Both the position numbers and the translations under genes were made by a program. 64,000 nt of DNA from Balamuthia mandrillaris (Eukaryota), in assembly GCA_031835245.2 (NCBI GenBank), contig JAVKOQ020000001.1, forward strand, positions 186,001 to 250,000, written 5' to 3'. The notes below the pieces were generated by a model. That model was not told where the DNA came from. It saw only the letters and a list, made by a program, of their open reading frames with translations, and made no database searches. Shown piece after piece: positions 24,778-38,539 of this stretch. Numbering within the stretch: position 1 is the first letter of the stretch; every line of letters starts with the position of its first letter.

Positions 24778-25204
24778 GGGCTGCTGCTTTTTGAGGGTTG
24801 CGCAATGCGGCACACACAGCAAAAAATGCAATATATTCCAATAAATGCCAATACTTTGCAATATTTGTCAACAACGGGTTGTCAATTTTGTAAATAAATT
24901 AACAAAAGCAAAGTTGTCGGTTACGTTGTTGTTGGACCTCTCTCTCTCTCGACGCGGCCGCACACGGAGCCACCCCACCCACCCTGCCTAGACCCCCTAC
25001 TGCTGCTGCTGCTGCTACCCCTGTGTAACAACAACCGGAAAAAAAAAAAGAAAGAAAAGAACAACTGAAGAGCAAATAACGGAAGCAGCAGGGAATATTC
25101 CCTTCTCATACGTGCCTCATAGCTGCAAGCAAAAACCCCTGACAGAGCCTGGTAAGCGGGCAGCGGAACGGGTGGAGACAAGGAGGCACGCTACACACTC
25201 GAAA

Positions 25205-28200
25205 ATGAAGGACGAAGAGGGGGAGGGCCACTCAAGCCCCAAGAGGAAAAAACTGTTTCACAAGAAGGTGTCCCGAGCGTGCTTGCTGTGCAAGAAGGCG
25301 CATGCGGCCTGTGACATACAGAGGCCTTGCGCCCGTTGTGTGTGCTTGGGAAAGGCTAACGAGTGCACGGATGCCCTTCCCAAAAAGAGGGGCAGGAAGC
25401 CCAAGTTGCTGCCTCACCACAATTCCAGCTTCTACAACGTCATAACCGCCTCCAACCCTCAGAGCACTGCCGCCACCAACAACCACCACCTGGACGAGTT
25501 GGTTGTCAACAGTGACGGTGGAGAAGATTTTGGCAGCGGCCACCAACCCCCCACCACCAAACCTTCTGCTGGAGAAGAGGCCTCTCCCTACTCTTCCAGC
25601 TCCTCTCCTCTCTCCCTGTCTTCTTTCTCTTCCTCCGCCACTCACCTGCTGTCCTCTTCGCAAACAGCACCGCCAACCCTACTCCCACACCAACACCAGC
25701 CCTCCCTCCCCTCTTCCTCTGTTGGTTTACCTCGCCAGCAATCCTCCTATTCTTCCCCTTCTCCCTCCTTCGTCAATAGTACCACTCCTCTCAACGGCAA
25801 CAACAGAAGCTCCTCGCCTCAACATTTTGGCGGTGGTGGTGCGGCGGAATACGAGGAGGACGAGGAGGAAGACGACGATCTACCCCCAAAGAAGTCCCGC
25901 AAAACTTTGCAGCGCAATCGCAGCCGCAGCAGTGGCAAGTCTAAACTTAGGCCTACAAATGTAGCCCGCCAGGACTCGGGTGGAGAGCCTGTTGCTGTTC
26001 TATCCCAACACGCTGCCTCCCAACATAGCTTCCCACAAAGTCTTTCTTTGACTTCTTCCTCCGGCCCCCAACGCACCTCCCCTCCTCCTTCCTCTAACTA
26101 TCAAGGTCTCTTCTCTCCCTCTCTTTATCGTTAGTGCCCTTTTCTTTGTCATTCTCCCTTGCTTTCAAAGAGAAGGCCAAACTAATGTTTTGTGCCCTTG
26201 TTCATACAGTCTATGCTAGCGGCGCACCCGTTGGCCGATCTTATTCACCATCTGGTGACTCTCTTTCTCCTCCTCCTTCTGCCCACCGTCAACACTACCG
26301 CCACCAACACCGCCCTTCAGACCACTCATTGTTGGATTTAGAATCTGACTCTGCGTTCCACACATCTTCAATGCCACAACCATCCGCATCGATTAGTGGA
26401 AGTGAATACGGAGCCACCGACCACAGCGCTACCTCCCCTCTCACACCATTTTCCTTTCCGACGAGCCATCCTCCCCCTCAGCCTCAACACCACCAACACC
26501 GTCACCAGCAGCATCACCAACATTATGCCTATCAGCAACAGCAGCAGAGAGGCGGTGACGAACAGAACTTTCTGATGAAAAAAGAACGGACGGGAAGTCC
26601 TCCGCCCCATGCCATGGTAGCAGGAATGCCATCTTTCGGCTCTGCCTCTGCTGGTCAAGCCTCTTCCACGTCAGCTGGTGCAATCGCAACCACCGCCATA
26701 GCTGCGTCAGATACCTCAGACTCTCTTCCCTTCTCAGCCACTCCTTCGCCTGCTGCCATACTGAGTCGCCACAATCTATCAACCACCACTGGTAGCGGCA
26801 TTGAGGAGCTGCCCAATAGCCACAAGTCAGACCTGTTGTCCAGTCTCCTCCGGGAAATAAGACACTTTAAGAATACCAACCGAGAGCTCACCGAATTGGT
26901 CGCGCAATTGCGCAGCTCCCATCTATCTCTCAAGCTTGCTTTTGAAGAACTCCAGAGGGAGCAGCGAAGGTGTCAGTGGGAGCTTGAAAACATGCGCAAA
27001 GAGCAACTAATCGCCAACGAACGGTTCAGCATTCAAAGTCGGCATTACCAACCCTCATCTTCTCCTTCCACTTCTTCCTCCATGGCCACTCTCTCAGCCC
27101 CTTCTGCTTTGCCCGCACCTTCTCAGGCAGCCCAAACCACACCTACTGAGTACGCTCTCTCTTCTGCAGCTGGATCGCTTTTGGATACGCCACTTTCCTT
27201 TTCTTCTACGTCTTCCTTTACCTCTTCATCCTCACCTTCGTTGATCGACGCAGAACTTCGCTTTCCCTTTTCCTATGCTCAACACCACAATGACTTACCA
27301 GCCCCTAGCAATTCCTCCGAGCACCGCGTTACCCCAAGCACTACCTCCTCTGTCCCCATCTTCTCCGTCTCCGACTCCAACAAACCCTTTGGAATTTTTA
27401 AAAAAGGCCGAAATGATGGGGTGCTCATTGCCGCAAATGATGCTTTCTGTAAATTGTTTCATTTTACTCTGGTAAGCTTGTCCTTTCTGTCTGTCTGCAT
27501 ATATTTCGCTCTCCTTGCACGAGCTTACTACATAATGCGATAGTCTGAGATATTAGGTTTATCGTGGAAGACGTTCGTGGCGCCACAAAGTTTCGAACTT
27601 TGCAAGCAGCTGATCACACCGATGCTTTCCTCCAAATATAGTGGTAGCAGTCCCATTATCACAAAAACAGTGACCTATAAGACCAAAGATGGACTATACT
27701 TTGACGCACTCACCAACCATCAATTGTACTATGACGATAGCGGGATGGCCTCTTGGAGCGTTATGTCCTTTGAGCGAGTGTTGGAGCAACACGGTACAGC
27801 GCCAACAAAGCAATCATCTCATCAACAGCAACAAATTCCTTATTCTGAATCCGAGTTGGATGCAGGAGGGTCACAGCATCAACGGGAGGCACTCAGCCCT
27901 ACCACGTTTTTGTGCGCGTTTGAACGGGGGTCTTCTCCTCCATCGCCACAAGCCTTGGACCTTTACCCCAATCACAGCTCACCTCTGATGATTGACACTG
28001 ATGTTATTACAACTTCTTCCTCCACTTCTACTGAAAGCGTGCTACGGCAAGCAGCGTTATCATCCCAATCTCAAAGCCTACAAACGCACTCTCTTTTGCA
28101 TGGTAGCGGCTCTGCTCCTCAAATGCAACTGCGCAACCCTCTTCACTCTGCCCAAACGGCCCTGTCGGAGGAGCTCTTTGGAGGAATGGCCACCATGAGC

Positions 28201-28425
28201 AATGGTGGTAGCAGCCCTGCCATGCTTGGTCTCTCATCCAGTGAAACTGCCGGCCCAGCCAACCATGTCAGCATTGCCTCTTCCAGCGGCAACAACGCTC
28301 TTCTCTCTGTGCGAGAGCAGCAGCGCTTTACTCAAGACGAATCAGTGCCTTCGAGAGGTCGGAGAGGGGATGGCGGCGAGGAGCAATCCCAGTCCACAGG
28401 GCGCTCTTCTGGTTTTCGCCCTTAG
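25205..28425 (+). CDS. Zn(II)2Cys6 transcription factor with coiled coil and C-terminal PAS-like domain (spliced)
   Basis: RACLLCKKAHAACDIQRPCARCVCLGKANEC followed by KKRGRKP. PAS-like DGVLIAANDAFCKLF-SEILG. Confidence 0.85.
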
Positions 28426-28882
28426 GCCTTCCTTCATTCTCTTTGACTCTCTACAACGCAGCCCACTTCCCAACCCCCAACCAATGCAAAAAATGGCCAA
28501 TTTTGATACCCACCGTGCATACTTATTGCGTGTGTTATTGTTTCTAAACGGAGGTTAGGTTTTGGGGCAAACCGCTGATAACAATCCTTGTCGACACATT
28601 GTAAAAATTATTGATATTGGACAAAAATATTTGTAAATTGCGATAAAATATTTGTCAAACCGAAAAAAACAAAAAACAAAGAGGAAAAAAAAGGGTCCAC
28701 AAGAGAATAGCCACCCCACACGAAATTTCTGTGTGCGCTACACGAACGTTAGAACAAACAACCGCCCCCCCTATCTCCTCCAGCCACCACCACCGTCGCT
28801 CCCGTCTGTCCATCCATCCGCCACGACTGCCTGCGGCAGCACAACCACAACGACACCAGCCAAAACCGCCAACAGCAGCACC

Positions 28883-31506
28883 ATGGAAGCAGAGGTGAGC
28901 AAAGGAGCTGAAGGCGTACCAGCCATGACCCCCAAGTGGATAGACTTCACAGTGGCTAGCACTCAAGTAACCTACTCCCTCCGTTATGTTGACTACGACA
29001 ACGGTCTGAGGGAGTGGTTCGCGGGAGACTTGTATGCACTGCTTTTGGGGGTGAGGGAGGAAGGCGAAAAGAGAAACGAGATCCTGGACAGGCTGCAGAG
29101 CCTCCCTCCCGAACACAGGCACGTGGCATGGGTGTTGGAGCACACTGCCCCACCACGGAAGGTCAAGGTTGTTACCATTCGTCACTCCACCCTCTATCAA
29201 ATACTGGTTCAACACATCGACACCACTCAAGGAGCCGAGGCCCAAGGGCTAATGTCTTACCTTTGCCAGTCCAGCTACTTTGCGCCGACCCCTCCCCAGC
29301 AGTACGTTCTTTCCTCCCCCTTTCCTCCTCCTCCTCTGCCTCCTTTGGCATAGTGCCGGTGACCGTTGGAAAGTAGTTGTTTGGGGGGCCAACAACAAAC
29401 AAGCGGAAATTTCTTGCGGAGGCGTTTGATGCCTTGAAAATCATTTCCCTCCCTCCCCCTCCCCCGCCACACTCCTTCCGTTTCGATGCATTCATGCTTT
29501 CTGTTGTCCCGCTGTTTCTTTGCTGCAACTCTTTTCTCACTTTGTTCAACAACAAAATGGCAGTTTGCAGGACTTCCATTTGGTGCAACATCCGGAAACA
29601 GCGACAGAAATTGGGGAATTCTTGAAACCCCCACCGATACTCAAGGTTAATGCAAAGTTTAAGGAGCTATACTCGGATAACAAGCTGGTCTGCTCTGTAT
29701 CGCTGTTGAAGTTTTGTGAGGCCACTTCAACTATCTTGCGAGCAGACCAGGAATTGGAGGGCGTTCTTTCGGCCACGGTTGATTCCAATGGAGAAGCCAA
29801 GTTCCCCTCTTTGAAGATTACGGGAACAAACACACCGGGCGAAGCTAATATACCCTCTCTCCAACGAGCCGAGGGTCCGCAATATGGCATCTACTGCCTT
29901 GAATTCCAGCTGAAGACAGAAGGAGAGGCCGATTCTGCCGCCCCTCTTTCCGACGCTAAAACAGCAGAAAATGTGGTGAGCAAAGAGATTGTTCGCACCC
30001 TTGATATATGCATCCGTAAATGGCCAAAAAAACGAAAGAGAGAAGATGAAGAGCCTGCTCTGCAATCCACTGAAACCCCCACTCTACTCGGTACCTCCTT
30101 GCCTTTTGTGCCCACTCTATGATATCATTGCTGATTGATTTGGTACAATGTTTTCTGGCAGCTGACAAGGGCATTGCTACCTCAAAGAAGATGAAGGAGG
30201 AATATCCTTCCTTTCCCCCCTCTTCTTCGTTGGACACGCATTCACAACAAGAAGCCATAAATTATTTTTCGGAACAACACCAGCAACAGGTATCCTATGC
30301 CATTCCTGGGCAGGTAACCTTTCCCAACCAGTTCTACGAATTAACTGTTATTATTATTATTTGACACACTGTATCCTTTCATTATGCGACAAAAGAGAGG
30401 GGCAGAGGCGCCTGGTATTGCGTTGGGAAGAGCTGTTGTGCAGCAAAGCAGTGATGGCTTCACACAAATGCAAACCCCTCCCACCTCCACTTCCTCCGCT
30501 ACTTCCTCTACTTCCTCCTCTATAATCTATCCTCAAACCGATACAGTCTCTGCGTCAGGTAGCTTTACACTGCGGCTGCTCATTCTGTAAAAGTATACAA
30601 ACTGACCATTGATCTCACCAACAGGGCAACCACCCGCAGAGGAACTTGTTGGTGAACAAACGCAGCTAGCATGGCAACAATTAACTCCTCAACAACAACA
30701 GATGCATACCTCTCAATTTGTAAGTCGCTTTTCGGAGCAATATCTCAATCCTCCAATGGGACAAGCTCCAGCATCATTGTCATCACTGTCATCAGCCCCT
30801 ATTACTAGCGCACAGCGCCCAAGTCTTGGGGTAGGAAGTACCGCTAAAGAAGAAACAGCGTCAGCTGATAATGGTAGCCAAACCCCTGCTGGCCTTCTTC
30901 CAGAGTTGCCACCGTCACAACAGACAGCAACCCGCAAGCGCGTCCAGAAAGATAGCGCAACCGATCCCGAAGGTTAGTGGATGTTTTGTATTTCTTTTGT
31001 GTGTATTTTATTGTTTTATTATCCATATTTTGTTTTTTATAATTGGAGCTCTTGTTGTGCCTATAATAATTTATCGCTTCGTCGTTACTTTGCAGCTTCG
31101 GCTGAAGAGCCAACATCCGATGAAGCAGCCGGACTTGCTCCTGGGCACGAAGGCCGAATTGACATCACAAAACTTCTTACCCTCCCTCAAAACGAAGCAG
31201 CGGCCAAACTCAAAATGTCTAACGCCACCTTCAGCAAACGTTTTCGTCAGGCAAATGACAACAAACGGTGGCCTTATAGAGCCGTACGTCCCTCTTCTCT
31301 GTCTCTTCTCGTTCTCTCTCTTTTTCAAACAACTTTTAATCTCGGTAATTAACCACTCTACGTATCAACGTGCTTTATCTTAGCTGCAAGTAATTGAGAA
31401 GCAACTAAAGGAAGCAAAAGCAAAGGAACAGAAAGCCACCATTCAAACGCTGGAAGAAAAGAAAAGAGCTTTGCTAGTGCCCGCCTATATCTTTGTACGA
31501 AAATAA
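28883..31506 (+). CDS. RWP-RK domain transcription factor (spliced)
   Basis: C-terminal LPQNEAAAKLKMSNATFSKRFRQ...KRWPYRA-LQVIEK. Confidence 0.8.
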
Positions 31507-31918
31507 ATGCACGAAAATTTTAATCAAACAATTGGTAGTGCTGCTGTGCCCTTATCTGCAACAAGCAACCGCAGCATCAAGGAAGCAAGTCCCCTCTTCT
31601 GTTCTTGCGCTCCTTTCGTTGTAACCCTTCAGCTGCTCTTTTTTTTTTCCGTTGGCCGTGTATTTTTAGGGCAAGATCAGGCCGATCAAACTAGAAAAAA
31701 AAAGCCCATTTCCCGCCAAAAATAATGGCGGCAAGAAAGGGAGGAGGAGGCGGGGAAGGCCTCCGCGACTACCCCTCCCGGCTTGTTTTTATGCTCAAAT
31801 AATAATCGTTATTATTATTATTATTATGGTGGGCTGCAACAGCCATCCCTCTCCTCCTTCCTCTACGCCAGCAGCACCAGCAGCAGCGGTTCCTTGAACA
31901 AACAGCCTCTCCAGTAAA

Positions 31919-34777
31919 ATGCAACAACAAGGGGAGGAGCAAGCGGCAGAAGGGCTTAAAAAAGTCAGAGTGGTGGTGAGGGTTCGCCCATTTGTGAGCA
32001 AGGAGGTGCAAAAGCGTTGTGTGGAAGTAAGGCAGGACGTGCGCTGTGTGGAACTAAGGCAGGGCAAGAGCGCTGACTCGCTTAGATACGCGTAACCTAT
32101 TAACCCCTTTCTTTTTATTTTTTGATTTCCTCACAAAAACTAATTTCATCAAACTTGCGTTCAGGTTTGATGGTGCGTACGACTGCAATGCGGGCCAGGA
32201 AGAGTTATTTCGTAATGAGATAGAGCCTTTCATTGACACTGTATTTCGCGGCCTTAACACGACCATCTTTGCTTATGGAATGACAGGGGCGGGTTCGTGG
32301 GGCTTTGTTCCTTTCTGCGAGCGTTTCTTCCTCGCTAACCACCACAACCTCCCTCCAACAAACAGGAAAAACGTTTACGATGCAAGGCACCGGTGAGGAA
32401 CGTGGTATCATCCCGCGTGTAGCAGAAAAGGTTATCGGCCTTGCACAGCAACGCGCCGCTGCCTCCTCTTTGGACAAGTACTCCATTACCGTTTCCTATC
32501 TCGAGATATACAACGAGAAGGTGTATGACCTCCTGCGCACCACACCGCAAGATCTTCCCATTCGTGAAGATTCTCACAAAAATATATTTATCCCCGACCT
32601 TACCGAAGTTCGTTCCCTCCCTCTCTCCCTCCCTCTCCTCTTTTCTATCGTCCTTCTGCTGTGCTTTCAATACTCGCCTGATGTTCACGCATGTCGTAAA
32701 TCAGGTTCGAGTAAGTACATTGCAGCAGTTTGAGGAGACCTATTTGGAAGGTTGCAGAAATAGGACCACGGCAGCCACCAGCCTCAATGCCAACTCGAGC
32801 CGCAGCCATGCTGTTCTTATCCTAAAAGTAAAGCACAAGCAACTGCAAAGCCAATCACAATCGCGGTGCACCTTTGTTGGAAAGCTTCACCTGATAGACT
32901 TAGCAGGGAGCGAGGACAACCGCAGGACTGATAACACTGGCTTGCGTCTCACAGAAAGCAGCAACATTAACCGATCCCTGTTCGTGCTGGGCAAAGTTGT
33001 CAATGCCCTTAATGACGGCTTGGTACTCCTCTTAAGATTTCTCGTTCCCTTGAAACAATCACTGATCTCTCTCATCTTGTTGTCTTGTTATTTCTTTTGT
33101 AAACATACATCATGACACCGTCATGGGTTCTCCACTATGTGTCCATGCAACACTGTAGAAACGAATTCCATACCGCGACAGCAAACTGACGCGATTACTG
33201 CAGGATTCTTTGGGTGGCAGAAGCCATGGTGTTATGATAGCAAACATCTCTCCAGCGCATACCCACTTTCATGACACCATGAATACTCTCAACTTTGCAT
33301 CAAAATCCCGCATGATTGTTAACAAGCCTGTTGCTCACAGTGTTGCTGGTTCATTCTCTTCTCTCTTCTCCCTTCTCTCTTCTCTTCTCACTCGTTGTAC
33401 TCATCACAACCGAACTCAACAGACATTACACGAAACACAACCGAAGGAGATCGGCGGCTACAGCTAGCAGAATGGAGAAATTCGAAAAAGTGTAATAATA
33501 GCAAATCTGGACGAAACCAAGATTTCAACAAAGAAAATGTGGAGAATGGTAGGCGGAGAGTTCGTAGACAAGGCAGTAATGGGTTGGATGATGACCCAGA
33601 GCGCATGTTGTTGGACATGAAGACTGCTCTGCGGTTAGCCAAAACTTTGGAACAAAAAATGTTGGCTCGTATCGAGAACGTGGATGCCAAAGTTGAAGCC
33701 ATGAGGCAAAGGAGCACTCACGGAGAATTGATGAGCCCCTTTTTACGGCAGAAGAAGCTCTTTGACGAATCCACACAAACCAAGTTGGAACTTCTGGAAA
33801 GAAACATGTTAAAGAACGTTAATGTAACCGCAGCACAACTATTGAGTACAATCTCTGAGCAGAGCGAGCAACAACGTAACTTTGAACAGATGCAACCTGC
33901 AAAGCAACAGGTTGCAATTGCTACTCCTTCATCAGACATACAGTCTTCTCAAGTTGATACAGCGGTGATAGGCCTACTTACACCCTTATCCAGACTCGAA
34001 ACGGCCAAAGAAATGATATCCAGAGCGAAGCTGCTGGAGCGAATGGGAAGGATTAGCGAAGCAATCAGCTTCTATAAGAAAGGTATGTAGCAGGCTAGAA
34101 CCGTGGTCCTTTGGTCGTTACTAATTATCTATCATATCCCATTTCGGTTTATCCACAGCACAACCCCTGTTACCTCCTACCAATTCCAAACTCATCCTGG
34201 AAAAGGTCGCCAAGTTGGAGAAAATGCTTACAAGCCATCCATCGTCCCGTGAGAATATTTCCTCTCCTTATGACGAACACGATGACCAGGGACCCATTCA
34301 TCCTGCGAAACTTCGCTTTGAAGATAGTTCTAGTGTCAAGGAAGACGAGAACCATAACGAAACCTTGCCACAAGTACGAAAGGCGAGGAGGACCCGCCTT
34401 TCCCCGCCTACCACTGAAGATCACCAACCAGAACCGGTGGTTTCAAGAAAATTGGGGGAGAAAACATCAAGTCCGGCAACCGATCAGATATTGCATATTC
34501 TAAATCATGGCACGCTTAAAGAGCTCCTTCAGTTGCATTGCATTGGGAAAAAGCGAGCACAGATGATAATTGAGTACCGCACGGAGAGGCCATTCCTCTC
34601 GGTAAAATTCATGCTCCTCTTTTTCCCTGCTGAATGAAACATACGTTGCTAACTTCAGTTTTGTCCTGCATACAGTTGAGTGAATTGAGTGACATTGGCT
34701 TTGGTGATAAGCTCTTTTGTAGCTTTTTGCAGCGTAACGTGGGTTGCCTCTCTGCTTCAACAACAAGCGATAATTAG
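31919..34777 (+). CDS. Kinesin-10/KIF22-like motor with C-terminal HhH domain (spliced)
   Basis: [55 protein letters not shown]. Hh[16 protein letters not shown]. Confidence 0.9.
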
Positions 34778-34833
34778 TCTCATTTGTAGAGTCAGTTCTA
34801 AGGCGGGCAAAGATCGGTTTGCCTCTTAAATAT

Positions 34834-37800
34834 TTATTGCATTATACATTTTTCCTTCTTTGCTTCCTTCCTCCTTTTATCTTCATTGAGAGTAATAGGA
34901 ACATTCATTTGGGGGAGGGCGTAGTCCTGCACTCGTTCTTCTTCTGAAGAATCCGAGGAGGCAGCAAGCGCACCCGAGAAGCCTCTGCCAGAAGACGAAA
35001 AATGTCTGCTTGTAGTGGCTGGGGCATCGCTCGGCCTGAGTGCAGAAGAAAACGATGGCAGTGCCTCATAGTCTGAAAAATCTGCAATGTTGATGACCCC
35101 AGAGGAAGACCCACTTGCCAACAGATGGTCTTGAAAGTGGAGGCACGACACAGAACCAGTGCCTTCTTGCCACTCATGTGTTCTATGAATGTCCAAGTTG
35201 TTGCGGTCCCATATCTTTTAATTTTGTTTATGTTTGAAACGTTAACCTTCACGACAGTAATAAATGGCCAAAGAAAGCATTGCGTACCTCAAGAGTTACC
35301 TCTTTGCCCCCAGTTAATATTTTGCTCTCATCAAACTGTGTTACAGTAAGACAATTTTAGTGCATTTTTTACTTCCAATAACGTGAAGTGATGTGTGGTA
35401 CCTGTAGACACCATATCATGTTCCTGCCTTTTAATGTGGCGAACTCCGTGAAAGTATTCATGTCCCATAACTTCACCGTGTAATCATTGCTGAGATGTTT
35501 GGCAAGATAGCACGAGGTCAGAAAAACCAGCGTGATTGTTAGAGTGCCGCTCAAATAAAATGAACCTATAAAATAAGAAGGTTATTACATACCTCCCAGT
35601 TGCCAGCATTTGACTATCGAATTGTAAAGCACGAACGCCTTGTTGGTGTCCATGGAGTGTCGCAATTGACGCCTCCATTCGCAAATCCCTTTAGTAATCA
35701 TTACACACATACTCAGAGACCAAGAAAACAAACAAACAAAAAAAACAGAAAGGTGACTGGATAAAGGGATCGCAAACCAAACGCCAACTTCAGAATTTTC
35801 GTAACCAGCAACTACTTTCTGAGTATGACTGTCGTATTGAAGGCACCATACGCCAGCTGTGCTACTACCCTCTTCAAAAATCTGGCCGTTGCTCTTCAAA
35901 ACCCGCGTTGTTTGTCCTCCCAATGATGTCATGGCAAGACCCGTCCTAAAGTCCCACACTGTTATGGTTTAAATGTCAATTGAAGAAGGAGGAGGGCAAA
36001 ACAAAGGAGAAAAAAACAACAAAACCAACATAAGGCAACAGCAAAGATATGAATAAGAACAGGGTAGAACGAGACCTTTTATAGTTTGATCGCGAGAGCC
36101 AGTGACGCAGACATTTTCATCGCACTCAAGACAAAAGATGGCGTTTGAGTGACCTCTCATAGTAGCTATACACTTCTCAAGATCCAAATCCCAAACTTTA
36201 AGAGTATTATCGGCGGTGCCTCCACCTGTAAACAACATATTTTCCTCCACTTGCAAAGACATAACCGAACCGCAATGGTCTTCCAACCTAGTTAGACATT
36301 CTCCAGACGTTATATCAAACAAACAAACTAGAGAGTAAGATAGAGCGGTTGTGGGGTGTTAGTAAGGAAAGAGGAGGGAAAAAAGGGGACCAAAACCGCA
36401 CCACTGCGGTCAGAAGACCCAGAAGCCAAAAATCGGTTATGTTTATCAATTGCAAGACTGTAAACAGACCCTTCATGGCGGCGAAGTTTGGTGTGTTTGT
36501 GGCGACCCTTCATCCAACAGCTTTCCACTTTTTTCCTTTGCCAATACTTCAGTTTCCACTCCTGTGCTGCAATTGTTTCCTTCTTTGCATCGAGCCCAGT
36601 CTCCTCGCTATCTCCTTCAAGCGCTTCGTTGTCTTGAAAAAACAGAATGGGTTCATGCCTCTTTTTCATTGGGTGAGGGGGCGTACCTTCCCTATTGTCC
36701 TTTTTCTCGTTTGCTTGGACGGACCAAGCCGTAAGAAATGATGTTGTTGCTGGTTGGGTTGTAGCACTCTCATTAGTTTCAGAAGATCGCGAAGTTGATG
36801 AAGAAGGAAGACCCCGCAACTGATCCTTCCACCACTCAGCTTCAGAGCGGTGTGGCTTTACGCCCTGCCGCAGCATTCGCTCTCTCTCTATGCTAAGTTG
36901 CTTTTCTGGCGTAGTTACTGGTACGCCTTCATCAGAAGGAACGAATTTGTCGTCCAGCAAGTAAGCAGCAGATTGTTCTCTGTGGCCCTCTAAAATATCA
37001 GTGTTGCCATTGGCTTGCAACGTGTCTCCTTTTCGTTTTCCTGCCACTCGTTCTCCTCCCTCTTTTTCTGATGCCACGCTATTGTTTCCATCGCCGTCAT
37101 CATAGCACTGGGCGCCGAAAGTGACAGCACGCAACCCCAACAAGTTGCTTCTTAGTATATGGGCATCCACATGTTTCCTCTGGTTCATTGGAAAAGACTT
37201 CTTATATGCGTTTTTCCTGTATGCGCCATGTGAGACAACAACCTAACGCACGACCAAACAAACCAACAAAGAGAGAAAGGAAAAGATACCAAAGAGAGCT
37301 ATCTCTGGAGAGGCGGTTAACTTGCCAGTTGATGAGGGAGAGGTTAAGCAGTTCGTCTGACTCACAAAATGACAGTATGTGAATGGCAACCTCCTCGGGC
37401 AGCATGCTGAAATACCAAAACTCTTCTTCCTCCGTCACTCCACGATGCACTGATGCTTCCTCTTTCTCTTCAGCCACCAGATCTTCTTCCTCTTCTTCTT
37501 CCTCTTCTCTCTCATCCTCCTTCTCCTGTTGCTTGCGTTCCTCCATTGGTACCAGCGCAGGTTGCTCTTCGGACAAGTCGGTCGAAGTCAGAAGCGCCCG
37601 CTTTTGCCTCTTTCTTGCTTCTTGCCTTTCTCTCTCTTCCTTTTCGTCAGCTTCTTCAGCTTTTTGTCCGGTCACCACATCAACCGACGACAAGAGGTCT
37701 GCTGTTGTCGCGGTGTTAGCACGTTGTTGCTGTAGTCCTTCCAAGCGGGCGACCCTTTGCTCCCAGGACCGGTCCCTCTCCTCCATTTGCTGTCTCAAGC

Positions 37801-38101
37801 GCTGCTGCTCAACCTTCCACTCCAGTTCCATATGCTCCATTTTTCGTGAGAGCTCACAAAGCTGGCGTTGCAACTGCTTTATCTGTTGCTTTTGTTTGTG
37901 TGGTTCTTCCTCCTCCTCCTCCTCAACAAGCTCAACGTGCTGGACAACCTCTAATTTGCCTTTTGTTGTTGTTGTTGCGGGTGAAACGACTGTGGTCGCT
38001 ACCGCAGTAGCGCTGTCCGCGAGGGTTGGGTTGTTGTTGCTGTATGGAGCGGGGGTTACTGTTGTTGGTTGTTGTTGTGTTGCTTGCCCACTGCTTTGCA
38101 T
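34834..38101 (-). CDS. F-box/WD40-repeat protein (spliced)
   Basis: F-box LPEEVAIHILSFC...SRDSSLW, followed by several GH...WD repeats. Confidence 0.9.
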
Positions 38102-38539
38102 CTCTCCCCTTTCTCTTCCCTTTTTTTCCCAAACCAAAAAATTGTTTTTTATGGGGACCCCCCACCCACCCTTCTCTCTCCTCAAAATTTTTTCTTTGCC
38201 TCACCGTGCTGCTGCTGCTGCTGCTGGGTGGGTGGGTGGTGTGTGGTGAGTACGGCTTAAACGTGGAAGAAGAGGAGAACATCATGCTGCTGGGTAACTT
38301 GGCTTTTCTTTTCTTTTAAAAGCTAACCAGCTAACCGTTTGGTGGGGTGTGTGTGCGGCTTCCGTTAAACAAACACAAAAATCAAAATTAAATAAATAGT
38401 GGGGTCAAAAAGAAAGCAAATAACGGCAGTAGTGTGCACAACTGTGGTGACACCATTTCCTCGGCATCCGAGCGAGAGAGAGAGAGAGAAGAGTGTATGA
38501 GGAAAGGGATTAATGAAGAGGAGGGAGAATCGTTGAGGA

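Noticed and set aside
31725..31917. Upstream ATG as the kinesin start
   Set aside because: That frame stops at ~31915-31917. The motor frame starts at ATG 31919.
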